Source of the DNA: Escherichia coli
GTDB taxonomy: Bacteria; Pseudomonadota; Gammaproteobacteria; Enterobacterales; Enterobacteriaceae
NCBI RefSeq assembly: GCF_003019035.1
Contig: NZ_CP027448.1
Strand: one strand, 5' to 3'
Length of the DNA stretch: 64,000 nt
Of this stretch, positions 42,279 to 50,746 are shown one piece after another (the first letter of the stretch is position 1; each line of letters begins with the position of its first letter). Under the pieces are notes generated by a model. That model had not been told where the DNA came from and searched no databases. It saw only the letters and a list, made by a program, of their open reading frames with translations. The translations under genes were made by a program, and so were the position numbers.

Positions 42279-43205
42279 TCATCCGCCATAATGCGCCACA
42301 TTGTCGACTATCCACGCAGGTCCGGTGACCTCCGGCAGCTCATCGTCATCTGTCGGGGAAGACCATTCCTGTTCCCCCCACAGAACATCAACAAGCTCTC
42401 CACGCTCATATCGCTGCCAGCCACAGAAATTGCAGCCCTGTTCGGCATACCAGTGCTCCAGCGTGCAGCCGAAACGGCGGCTTAATTCTGCAACAACGTC
42501 GCTTTCCGGCTGACACCACGGCGTGTCAAAATCCACCTGAATGAAGTTTTCTCCCTGACGGCCGATATTCAGGTCATACCCACAAGGCCACTTCACGCCA
42601 TACCGTTCCGTATACCAGTGATATGCAGAAGGAACACCGTTCAGAACACCACCGTTAAAGCCGTTCACTTCAACATCCAGGCGGGTCGGCAGAACCGTCA
42701 GCAGGTCAAACGGCATGGTTTTTTCCGGCACTACGTTGTCACACAGACGGTTCCACCACACCGATACATCCTCGTTACTCCAGAAGCCACACCAGTCACC
42801 TCTTTTTGCGGTGAAAAGTGCGGTGATGGTATCCCTGACATCGTCCGGTAATCCTTCCCAGCGACGCTGTCCAGTACCGCTCTGCAGCCAGAGTTCATGC
42901 AGCATCAGGCAGTTTTGCTCATCCAGCAGTACACCGTCCTGCAGATATGTCAGCCAGCGGGTGAACGCGATATTCTCCGGCGATACAACGCCACGCCCGG
43001 CAGCCGTCAGTCCGGGGCATGGTTCAAACCGCACATCTTCAGTGGTCTGCAGAAGTCCGGCACTTCCGGCCAGAAACAGCTGAATACCTTCATTTGTGGC
43101 GCGGCGATAAAGCGGTGTGACTGCGCCGCTGGCCAGTCGTTTAATCTCAGCGATCTGTGCCGGTTCACCAGAAAAATACATACGATTCGAGCACCAGTTT
43201 GGCAT
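42279..43205 (-). CDS. Conserved leading-region protein with MPNWCxN N-terminus (DUF1281/Api92-like as recalled), 308 aa
   Basis: ATG 43205 preceded by GAGGAGA; track ORF starts 43250. Family name from memory. Confidence 0.65.
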   Translation of the reverse strand: MPNWCSNRMYFSGEPAQIAEIKRLASGAVTPLYRRATNEGIQLFLAGSAGLLQTTEDVRFEPCPGLTAAGRGVVSPENIAFTRWLTYLQDGVLLDEQNCLMLHELWLQSGTGQRRWEGLPDDVRDTITALFTAKRGDWCGFWSNEDVSVWWNRLCDNVVPEKTMPFDLLTVLPTRLDVEVNGFNGGVLNGVPSAYHWYTERYGVKWPCGYDLNIGRQGENFIQVDFDTPWCQPESDVVAELSRRFGCTLEHWYAEQGCNFCGWQRYERGELVDVLWGEQEWSSPTDDDELPEVTGPAWIVDNVAHYGG

Positions 43206-43559
43206 GGGAATTCTCCTCTCACATGCGGCCTCCATCAGGCCGTGCCGCACCTGTAACCGGGCGACCGCATACGAATGCAGGTGCGGCCCCGAAGCCGCAG
43301 CGCGTGGAGGAGGAACGACGAAACGTGACCGGGTGAGGAGGCCGGCGACAGCGACACACTTGCATCGGATGCAGCCCAGTTAACGTGCCGGCACGGCCTG
43401 GGTAACCAGGTATTTTGTCCACAGAACCGTGCACAAAATGCTGTGGATAAGCTGGACACAGCAGCCCACAGCAGGCATACAGCCACACCCTCAGAGAATT
43501 GAACGTTTTTTAGCCGCAACAATGACATTTGACTGTATGTGGATTCAGTTATTAGAATG

Positions 43560-43575
43560 CTGTATATGCATACAG
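43560..43575 (+). promoter_or_regulatory. LexA operator (SOS box) upstream of impC
   Basis: CTGTATATGCATACAG fits CTGT-N8-ACAG; a weaker CTGTATGTGGATTCAG lies at 43542-43557. Confidence 0.75.
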
Positions 43576-43598
43576 CAAAAGAAAAGAGAGATGAGAAC

Positions 43599-43847
43599 AT
43601 GATCCGCATTGAAATTCTTTTCGACCGCCAGAGCACAAAAAACCTCAAATCAGGCACACTTCAGGCGCTACAGAATGAAATCGAACAACGACTGAAACCA
43701 CACTACCCGGAAATCTGGCTGCGTATAGACCAGGGCAGCGCCCCGTCTGTATCTGTCACAGGAGCCCGCAACGACAAGGATAAAGAACGTATCCTGTCTC
43801 TGCTGGAAGAAATCTGGCAGGACGACAGCTGGCTGCCTGCAGCATGA
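43599..43847 (+). CDS. impC: DinI-like small protein (ImpC-like)
   Basis: 82 aa MIRIEILFDRQ...EEIWQDDSWLPAA; start chosen downstream of the LexA box. Confidence 0.75.
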   Translation: MIRIEILFDRQSTKNLKSGTLQALQNEIEQRLKPHYPEIWLRIDQGSAPSVSVTGARNDKDKERILSLLEEIWQDDSWLPAA

Positions 43848-44281
43848 GTACCGTTTATCACCGTCCGGCTGACCCTTCAGGCGATGACAGTTACGTGCGA
43901 CCGTTGTTTGCCGATCGTTGCCAGGCCGGTTTTCCTTCGCCTGCCACTGATTATGCTGAGCAGGAACTGGATCTGAACAGCTATTGCATCAGCAGACCTG
44001 CAGCCACCTTCTTTCTGCGCGCCAGCGGTGAATCGATGAACCAGGCTGACGTGCAGAATGGTGATCTGCTGGTAGTGGACAGGGCCGAAAAACCACAACA
44101 CGGGGACATCGTTATCGCTGAGATCGACGGTGAGTTCACCGTCAAACGACTGCTGTTGCGCCCACGCCCGGCACTGGAGCCGGTTTCAGACAGCCCGGAG
44201 TTCCGCACACTGTATCCGGAAAACATCTGTATTTTTGGTGTTGTCACTCACGTGATACACAGGACGCGGGAGTTACGCTGA
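43844..44281 (+). CDS. impA: UmuD/ImpA-like S24 peptidase subunit of error-prone polymerase
   Basis: 145 aa with Ser-Lys dyad context (ASGESM ... FTVKRL). Confidence 0.88.
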   Translation: MSTVYHRPADPSGDDSYVRPLFADRCQAGFPSPATDYAEQELDLNSYCISRPAATFFLRASGESMNQADVQNGDLLVVDRAEKPQHGDIVIAEIDGEFTVKRLLLRPRPALEPVSDSPEFRTLYPENICIFGVVTHVIHRTRELR

Positions 44282-44407
44282 TGTTTACACTGGCTGATAT
44301 CAACAGTTTCTACGCCTCATGTGAAAAAGTTTTCCGCCCGGACCTTCGCAACGAACCGGTCATCGTACTCAGCAATAACGATGGCTGTGTGATCGCACGC
44401 AGCCCAG
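44281..44407 (+). pseudogene. impB: 5' fragment of umuC/impB-like Y-family polymerase gene, interrupted by insertion
   Basis: Translates MFTLADINSFYASCEKVFRPDLRNEPVIVLSNNDGCVIARSP then homology is lost at 44408. Confidence 0.85.
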
Positions 44408-44453
44408 ATTATGTGGAATTGCAAGTAACGTTGTAGTGCTGATGAGGAAAATT

Positions 44454-46682
44454 TTATCTGACTACAATATTGATATCGTTTTCCGCAACAATCAGCATCA
44501 CGGCAGGTAAACCCTCCACACGCATTTTCTGGTGTAATTTTTTGATTAAATTATCATCTTCATTACTGGCTTTTGCGGAAAAGCCTTGTGGATGGGAGTG
44601 CCATTCGCCAACATAATCGACAACACGAGCGGTCAACTGGTGAACCCGTTCTAATGCTTCTTGTTGTCCCGCTTCTCCCCGGACAAAGGAGGCTGGAGAG
44701 GATTTACTGTCGATAGGTTCAGGGAGCACGTCAACCAGAATAATCGTTTTGTTCTTAAAATCTGTTATGCCAACAATTGCACCTCCTGTTTCATTAGGCA
44801 GTGCCTGTAAGCGGGTGTGCTGCAATTTTTGCGCTAAGCCCTGGTCATATTTAACAACCCATTCGCCAGAAATTATAGATACCACGGAATAGAGTTCAAT
44901 TTCATGTGCATCCATCGCGCCTGATATTTCATCAGATACCCAGATACACAATCGAGCATTTCCTTTGAGTGCAGTCTGGCGAAGTTGGCGTGAGAGGATA
45001 CCGGCATGAACATGAATACATTCACTGGACATACGTACAGAAATATCCCGACATCCACCACCGACCCAACGATCGCCATAATTGTGCTGTAGGTGAGTAC
45101 TTCCCCACTCACTGCTCAAAATTGCCCGATAGTATTGCCCCTCAATTGCATCAATTCGGCATTGTCTGTCTACATCCTCCATTAACATCACGCTAGACTG
45201 ACCCGATGGAGTCAGAAACAGGCTAACTATTCTGGGTATATCATCTTTTAACACTAGAGTCCTCGGCACCTCAAAGGTGGTACTGACATCCACAACTAAG
45301 TCTGCCTCATTCATTGCCTTAGCAATATCATCATCGTCATCAAGAATACTTTTATGGATCGCCTGAGGGAGGGGCTCATGCGGATAAATAGATTTGGCAA
45401 TATGCTGAATAATATGGGGTTTTGAGACTCCAATATGACAATCAAACCCAATATGGCGAGACAAATTATGTGGAAGAAGCCGATCTGGATCAATAAAAGT
45501 CCATGTCCCCCACCCCATTCGAATCCAAATATCAGCCAATGTACTACCAAGAGCGCCAACTCCAGCTAAAATACCTCGAAAAGCTGCACTCTCTGAATCA
45601 ACAGCAGATATGTCTCTCGCATGTGTGGCCTTCATAGCCGAACGTATTTCAACTGGTAAAAGCGGTAATTGTCGCCACTTGGTACTAATTGATCCGCCAA
45701 GAAGCCGTACGCGATGCTGTACTCCTCGCTCATTTTTTGGCGCCAGCATATCTAGTGCAGTGGCAAGTTCACCGAGTGAACTTTGCACAACATAGCCCAT
45801 CACATCCGTACGTTCTGTTTCTCCGTTTCTTAGACGGGGGATCCAAAGCAGGATAAGTAAGCCTTCTCCTTTACCAGACGTTGGGCGGATACCATCACTT
45901 GGTATTGCTTCATAAACAGCGTCAGTTAGTGGTTTTAGGAGCTCACTTCCCCATTCATTAAGTTGTTCTTCTAATTTTCCCAGATTATCCGGGTATGTAG
46001 CCACCGTAGAAACATCGACAGGAGGAACAGCAATAGTTAATAAGCGAAATGGCTTAACGCTTGAGGTATCTTGTTCTGGTACAGCCCTTAAAATAATCGG
46101 TCGCCCCTCACTGACCATCTGGAGACTGAGCTTATTGTCAGTCGCGTGATGATAATCGGGGTAATTGGCTGGCAAAATGAGCTGATAGGGACTCAAATAA
46201 AAAAGTTGCTCAAGTGGCTGATCTTCTCGATGTAGATGCAGTTCGGCCGATTCTCTAAGCCACCAAAAAATGCGCTCAAGGAATCTCTCGGGGGTCCAAC
46301 TGCGCTCAACTGCGCTCCAGGAGGCCTCATATAGGCAAAGAATTCGTGGTGAGCCAGGTTCTCCAGCATGCTGGTGAGAAAGAACAGGGAAATCTTTCCG
46401 CAATGCATGAACCAAGATAGGTATGCTTGATTTGGGATTGACCTCAATAGCCAATCGTTCTTTACGACGAATACGGGCTTGATTACCAGAAGCCACAGTC
46501 CCATCAGCAGCATCAATGATTAGATATTCCGAGCGGTTATCATTTATTTCAGAAAATCGTAATTCTCTGACTGTGACGTAAGGATGATTCTCGCATGCTT
46601 TAAGCAGCGAAATCGTTTGTGGATAAAGGCTATCGCGCCCCGATGAATCGAGGCGCTCACCCAATTCGAAATATTCGATCAT
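44454..46682 (-). CDS. Multidomain E2-like / E1-like (ThiF) / JAB-JAMM peptidase fusion protein (742 aa)
   Basis: HQH..10 aa..C (E2-like), GILAGVGALGSTLADIW...IDPD (ThiF Rossmann), EWHSHPQGFSAKASNEDD (JAMM HxH..S..D) read directly from the translation; ATGA overlap with upstream MBL gene. Confidence 0.75.
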   Translation of the reverse strand: MIEYFELGERLDSSGRDSLYPQTISLLKACENHPYVTVRELRFSEINDNRSEYLIIDAADGTVASGNQARIRRKERLAIEVNPKSSIPILVHALRKDFPVLSHQHAGEPGSPRILCLYEASWSAVERSWTPERFLERIFWWLRESAELHLHREDQPLEQLFYLSPYQLILPANYPDYHHATDNKLSLQMVSEGRPIILRAVPEQDTSSVKPFRLLTIAVPPVDVSTVATYPDNLGKLEEQLNEWGSELLKPLTDAVYEAIPSDGIRPTSGKGEGLLILLWIPRLRNGETERTDVMGYVVQSSLGELATALDMLAPKNERGVQHRVRLLGGSISTKWRQLPLLPVEIRSAMKATHARDISAVDSESAAFRGILAGVGALGSTLADIWIRMGWGTWTFIDPDRLLPHNLSRHIGFDCHIGVSKPHIIQHIAKSIYPHEPLPQAIHKSILDDDDDIAKAMNEADLVVDVSTTFEVPRTLVLKDDIPRIVSLFLTPSGQSSVMLMEDVDRQCRIDAIEGQYYRAILSSEWGSTHLQHNYGDRWVGGGCRDISVRMSSECIHVHAGILSRQLRQTALKGNARLCIWVSDEISGAMDAHEIELYSVVSIISGEWVVKYDQGLAQKLQHTRLQALPNETGGAIVGITDFKNKTIILVDVLPEPIDSKSSPASFVRGEAGQQEALERVHQLTARVVDYVGEWHSHPQGFSAKASNEDDNLIKKLHQKMRVEGLPAVMLIVAENDINIVVR

Positions 46683-47866
46683 TGGTTTGATACACCTGCC
46701 CTAGGAGCGGCGGCCGTAGCAGCACTTACCGCAGCTGAAACAGCACCAACAATAGCGGGTATTAACTTCCCGTCTCCAGCCACTTCAAATTCAAGGAACG
46801 CTGTATCTTTAAGATCCCCCGTACAGCTAAACCAACCATCAACACTGTCCAGAATATCCTCATACTCACGCTTAGCCCGGATGCACGGTGGATCATAATC
46901 ATCATCAAGTATCTGATTGCTACTCGATACAATTGTTGCCCCGGAACGAGCCTGACCTAAAGCATTACGGGCCGCATCACAAACTTCAGCATTCTCCCCC
47001 CATTGTGACCAGCTATCATAGGAAAGTGAATGCCATGAACAATGATGCGGTGTGAGGAGAAGATCATATTCTAGTGCCTCAGCATTGCTTTTGTAACGAT
47101 CCCATAATCGCTCCCAGATGAGAACTTCTGCGTCTCCACCTAATAGAAAGTGCATAGGATTACGGGAATATGCAGAGGGCAGTATTTTCATGTTCATGAT
47201 GATACTGGATTCGTTTTTAGAAAGAGCTTCTTCCAAATATTCATCATCTTCATGTGGTGCGGGCGCCAGAAGCTGTGCGGAGAACACTTCTGAAATTTGC
47301 CCGTCAATTCTGGTGAATGTATCTCCAGCTTTGATAAGAATGGCACTCAGATCATCTGTTTTGCCATTAATATCTTCACCCATGATAAGGATTCGATTAC
47401 CGCTAGATGCATAACCATGTTCCCGCCAGTATTTTACTCGGCGCCGTGCTTCTGTATTAAATGCCTGAGCATCTTCGCAAAGTGTGTGACTTTTGGAACG
47501 ACGCCGAAAAATCAATGGTGATGACCACAATTCTCGAATAATGATACGCTTTTCTGAACGTTTCACATCGTCATCTGGATAATCTTCAGGACGGCCCAGC
47601 CAGAAATGTTTACGCAGGCCACCGCAATGATCCTGATCGGGATGACTGAGCATAAAAACATCAATAAAGGGACGATCTTTTTCATCATACTTCAATCTGC
47701 TACGTAATGCCGAGGCAACATCAGGTGTGTCATCATTGGGGTTATCAGCAGCAGAGCGAATATGTACATCAATCAGAATGGATGTGCCCCGGGTGTCGGC
47801 CAAACGTACCAGTGTCATATCACCGTTGCCGACTTGGAAAAAAGTAATTTTGGCTGCCATCGACAT
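46679..47866 (-). CDS. Metallo-beta-lactamase-fold protein (395 aa) with Ala/Gly-rich C-terminal tail
   Basis: MBL-like motifs ...LIDVH..., SHPDQDHCGG, ...TPHHCSWH...; C-terminus ...AIVGAVSAAVSAATAAAPRAGVSNQ. Confidence 0.75.
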   Translation of the reverse strand: MSMAAKITFFQVGNGDMTLVRLADTRGTSILIDVHIRSAADNPNDDTPDVASALRSRLKYDEKDRPFIDVFMLSHPDQDHCGGLRKHFWLGRPEDYPDDDVKRSEKRIIIRELWSSPLIFRRRSKSHTLCEDAQAFNTEARRRVKYWREHGYASSGNRILIMGEDINGKTDDLSAILIKAGDTFTRIDGQISEVFSAQLLAPAPHEDDEYLEEALSKNESSIIMNMKILPSAYSRNPMHFLLGGDAEVLIWERLWDRYKSNAEALEYDLLLTPHHCSWHSLSYDSWSQWGENAEVCDAARNALGQARSGATIVSSSNQILDDDYDPPCIRAKREYEDILDSVDGWFSCTGDLKDTAFLEFEVAGDGKLIPAIVGAVSAAVSAATAAAPRAGVSNQ

Positions 47867-47994
47867 CTCCTTTAGGGATACGAAAGATTGAGGTTAAGAG
47901 CATCTATTGCTAAGATACATCTAGTAATTATACTAGTCTAGTAATTAGACGTATATTTTGGACTTAAATTGTAAGTACAGGAAATTATTGATAA
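47867..47994. promoter_or_regulatory. Divergent promoter/operator region with tandem direct repeats (TCTAGTAATTA x2)
   Basis: AT-rich intergenic region between divergent MBL operon and WYL gene; repeats at about 47918-47950. Confidence 0.4.
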
Positions 47995-48849
47995 ATGAGT
48001 GATAAAATGGTGAGAACTGGTCATTGGAGCCAAGAAAGACGGCTTGAATTCATCGATTTTCGCCTACTGTGGGAAGGTCGGCTTAACCGTGCAGATCTCA
48101 CGACATTTTTCAGAATTTCAGTTCCGCAAGCCTCATTAGATTTGGCAAAATATCAAGAAGTTGCGCCAAACAACATGGTGTATGATCGAACTCAGAAGGC
48201 TTACATTACGACTCCTGATTTCAAACCTGTTTTTACAAGCTTTGACAGTAATCATTACCTGAATGAACTACTTGGGCGAGAAAATGAAATAGTGGATCCT
48301 GATGATAGTTTCATTGGGTGGGTACCCCCGGTAGCCAGCCTTCCTCTCCCTGCCAGGAAAGTACAACCTGAAATATTGATTGATTTAATTCGAGCCATGC
48401 AAAGAAAACAGGCTTTGGTTGTTGATTATCGCTCAATGACTAATGAACCAGCAATTCGTACGCTATACCCAACAGCATTTGCACATGATGGGCATCGGTG
48501 GCATGTTCGTGCTTATTGTTTTAAGTCTACAATGTTTAAAGATTTTGTTCTTGGTAGGTTTTTTAAAATCGTTGAATTTGTTTCCCCACCGACATCAATT
48601 CCACAAGATGTGGACTGGAATACATTTATTGACGTGGTAATAGGTCCAAACCCTAACTACGATATGAATAAACGGCTATCTATTGAACATGATTATCAAA
48701 TGGTAAAAGGAGAAGCAAAAATCCACATACGTAAAGCGCAATTATATTATCTTAATCGTCGATTAAATTTGGATGTAAATAGCGATGGTTCAATAGATGA
48801 CAAACAGCAGATCATCATGCTCAGAATAGACGAGTCTAAAACCTATTAA
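47995..48849 (+). CDS. HTH-WYL domain transcriptional regulator (BrxR/CapW-like)
   Basis: 284 aa; central ...HDGHRWHVRAYCFKSTMFKDFVLGRFFKI... fits the WYL pattern; N-terminal HTH-like region. Confidence 0.7.
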   Translation: MSDKMVRTGHWSQERRLEFIDFRLLWEGRLNRADLTTFFRISVPQASLDLAKYQEVAPNNMVYDRTQKAYITTPDFKPVFTSFDSNHYLNELLGRENEIVDPDDSFIGWVPPVASLPLPARKVQPEILIDLIRAMQRKQALVVDYRSMTNEPAIRTLYPTAFAHDGHRWHVRAYCFKSTMFKDFVLGRFFKIVEFVSPPTSIPQDVDWNTFIDVVIGPNPNYDMNKRLSIEHDYQMVKGEAKIHIRKAQLYYLNRRLNLDVNSDGSIDDKQQIIMLRIDESKTY

Positions 48850-48861
48850 GGGAATATTTAT

Positions 48862-49380
48862 ATGAATGCGAATGATGTTAACAAACGGAATAAAGAATGG
48901 ATGATTGTAATCATTATTATCTATCTTTTTATTTTGTTATGTATAGCAACATACGCTATTGGGGCTATGTCTCTAGGTTGGTTACCAACACCTTACGCAC
49001 CATTAAGGGTGCCACTGATGTGCGGAGCAATTGCCTATATAGGTGGTTGTTTATATTGTTTTCGTGCAATTTACCTCAATAAATGTATTAGAAAACAATG
49101 GGATCCAGATTGGCATGTATGGTATTTCATTCGCCCACTGACCAGTACAATCGCAGGTGCTATCAGTTATTTATTCCTTAAGGCGGGGTTGTTAGTTTTG
49201 GAGTCTAGTTCCAATGTAGGAGCTAGTGAAATGGGTTTCTTTGCGCTGGCATTTATTGCTGGTTTTAACGTCGATAAATTTGTCGCAAAAATCGAGGAAG
49301 TTGCAAAGGCTGTCTGGGGTATTGAAAAAACTCGAAGCTCGACTAATAATGATGCGAAAAATTCGGAAAAAAAAGAATAG
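48862..49380 (+). CDS. Small membrane protein (about 4 predicted TM helices, 172 aa)
   Basis: Hydrophobic segments throughout; 12 bp downstream of the WYL gene. Confidence 0.55.
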   Translation: MNANDVNKRNKEWMIVIIIIYLFILLCIATYAIGAMSLGWLPTPYAPLRVPLMCGAIAYIGGCLYCFRAIYLNKCIRKQWDPDWHVWYFIRPLTSTIAGAISYLFLKAGLLVLESSSNVGASEMGFFALAFIAGFNVDKFVAKIEEVAKAVWGIEKTRSSTNNDAKNSEKKE

Positions 49381-49426
49381 TCTGGATGTATTTAAATTAA
49401 AATGAAATTAGTGCTGAGCTATTTTA

Positions 49427-50746
49427 TTACTTTCTCTTATTTCCTGGGGTCGCGCCCCCAGTGAGCTTATTCAAAAGTTTGTCCACTGCCTGTATATCGT
49501 TTTCTACAGCGGCTTGTTCGTCATCAGTCAAAGGGATTTCCTGCATCAGCTTGAGTAGATTCTGGCGACCTTCCAAGTATTGTGCTTCAGATGAAGATTT
49601 TGGCATATAAAATGAGCATTTTGCACATGCCATCCGATGGGGGCATTGCTCAAAAAAGTCATAAGTACAGAAACCGTGTCCAAGATCATAATAACGCCAT
49701 GGCTTCCCGGATGCTACCAGCCCTTCAGCTATCGCGTCTTGATCAATGAGAACTGAAACCATGCGGCGATTACATTCAAAGTAACCAGCTTTATCCAGTG
49801 ATCCTGCCAACCTCGTCGGTGTAATTTCGACATAATGTCGGGTAGATTCAGGTGAAGAATGCCCCAACCATTTCTGTAGCTCAAAAATATCAAGTGGTTC
49901 CCTGGCGTTGTAAAGCTGACTGGCTATAGTGGCTCTTGCCCGATGGCTGGTGATTTTACCTCTGGCATCCTGCTCAGGTATACCAGCCTTTCTGCATAGC
50001 AAAGGGATTAGCGAATTATTAATATAACTACTGTGTACCCGTTTCCCCCTGTGCATGAACAAAAAACGGACGCTTTCACCTGTTTTAGAATCTTCCTGGA
50101 GGGGGTGGGGGTTACGAACAAGTTCCCATTGTTCGATATATTCCCCGATAATAGGGTCAACTGGCTTTGTGAATGCCGCGTAAGTCTTGCTAACGGGTAC
50201 ATCTATCAGACAGATACGGGATACATTATTTTCTTCTGGCTGTTGCCAGCGGATACACCCACACTGCATACGTAGAATTTCATCACGTCTGAGGCCTCCA
50301 AATAACCAGAGAACGCTGAGTGCTCTGACCATCTCCAGTGGATAAAAATAAGGATATGCAACACAGTTTGGTAAATCCGACTCCTGCAGGTTCTGTCCGG
50401 CGTGAAGTAATTTACACCACATATCATCGGCCACAATACGAGGCTCTGGTCCAACCAGGGAAGTCAAGCTACGCGGTGCCCTGAAAACTCTTTCTGGGCT
50501 GAATCGTACAGGTATCCATCCCCATTCCTGCAAGTCATGAAAGAAAGTTCTAATATGACCCAACATCCTGGCTCTCGCTGCAGGCATCATCATTTTGCCA
50601 CGACGGTCACGATACATGCCCCCAGGGGTTGCCCATTCACCAACTTTCATTCTACAAGCGGCGGTCACCCAGACGATCGCGGTGTCCCGTGTCCAATCAG
50701 ATGGTGACAGACAGGTTGGATAGCACTCAGCTAACCAGCTGACCAC
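49427..50746 (-). CDS. Tyrosine recombinase/integrase (439 aa)
   Basis: Catalytic signature residues: ...GGLRRDE..., ...SHRARAT..., ...LGHSSPESTRHYV... Confidence 0.85.
   Translation of the reverse strand: MVSWLAECYPTCLSPSDWTRDTAIVWVTAACRMKVGEWATPGGMYRDRRGKMMMPAARARMLGHIRTFFHDLQEWGWIPVRFSPERVFRAPRSLTSLVGPEPRIVADDMWCKLLHAGQNLQESDLPNCVAYPYFYPLEMVRALSVLWLFGGLRRDEILRMQCGCIRWQQPEENNVSRICLIDVPVSKTYAAFTKPVDPIIGEYIEQWELVRNPHPLQEDSKTGESVRFLFMHRGKRVHSSYINNSLIPLLCRKAGIPEQDARGKITSHRARATIASQLYNAREPLDIFELQKWLGHSSPESTRHYVEITPTRLAGSLDKAGYFECNRRMVSVLIDQDAIAEGLVASGKPWRYYDLGHGFCTYDFFEQCPHRMACAKCSFYMPKSSSEAQYLEGRQNLLKLMQEIPLTDDEQAAVENDIQAVDKLLNKLTGGATPGNKRK

Noticed and set aside
43539-43598. Upstream ATG extension of impC (track ORF 43539-43847)
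   Set aside because: The extension reads through the LexA operator; the downstream ATG 43599 with AG-rich RBS is preferred.
43235-43657. 140-aa minus-strand ORF across the impC promoter
   Set aside because: Overlaps the start of the DUF1281-like gene and the LexA box region; no RBS or family support.
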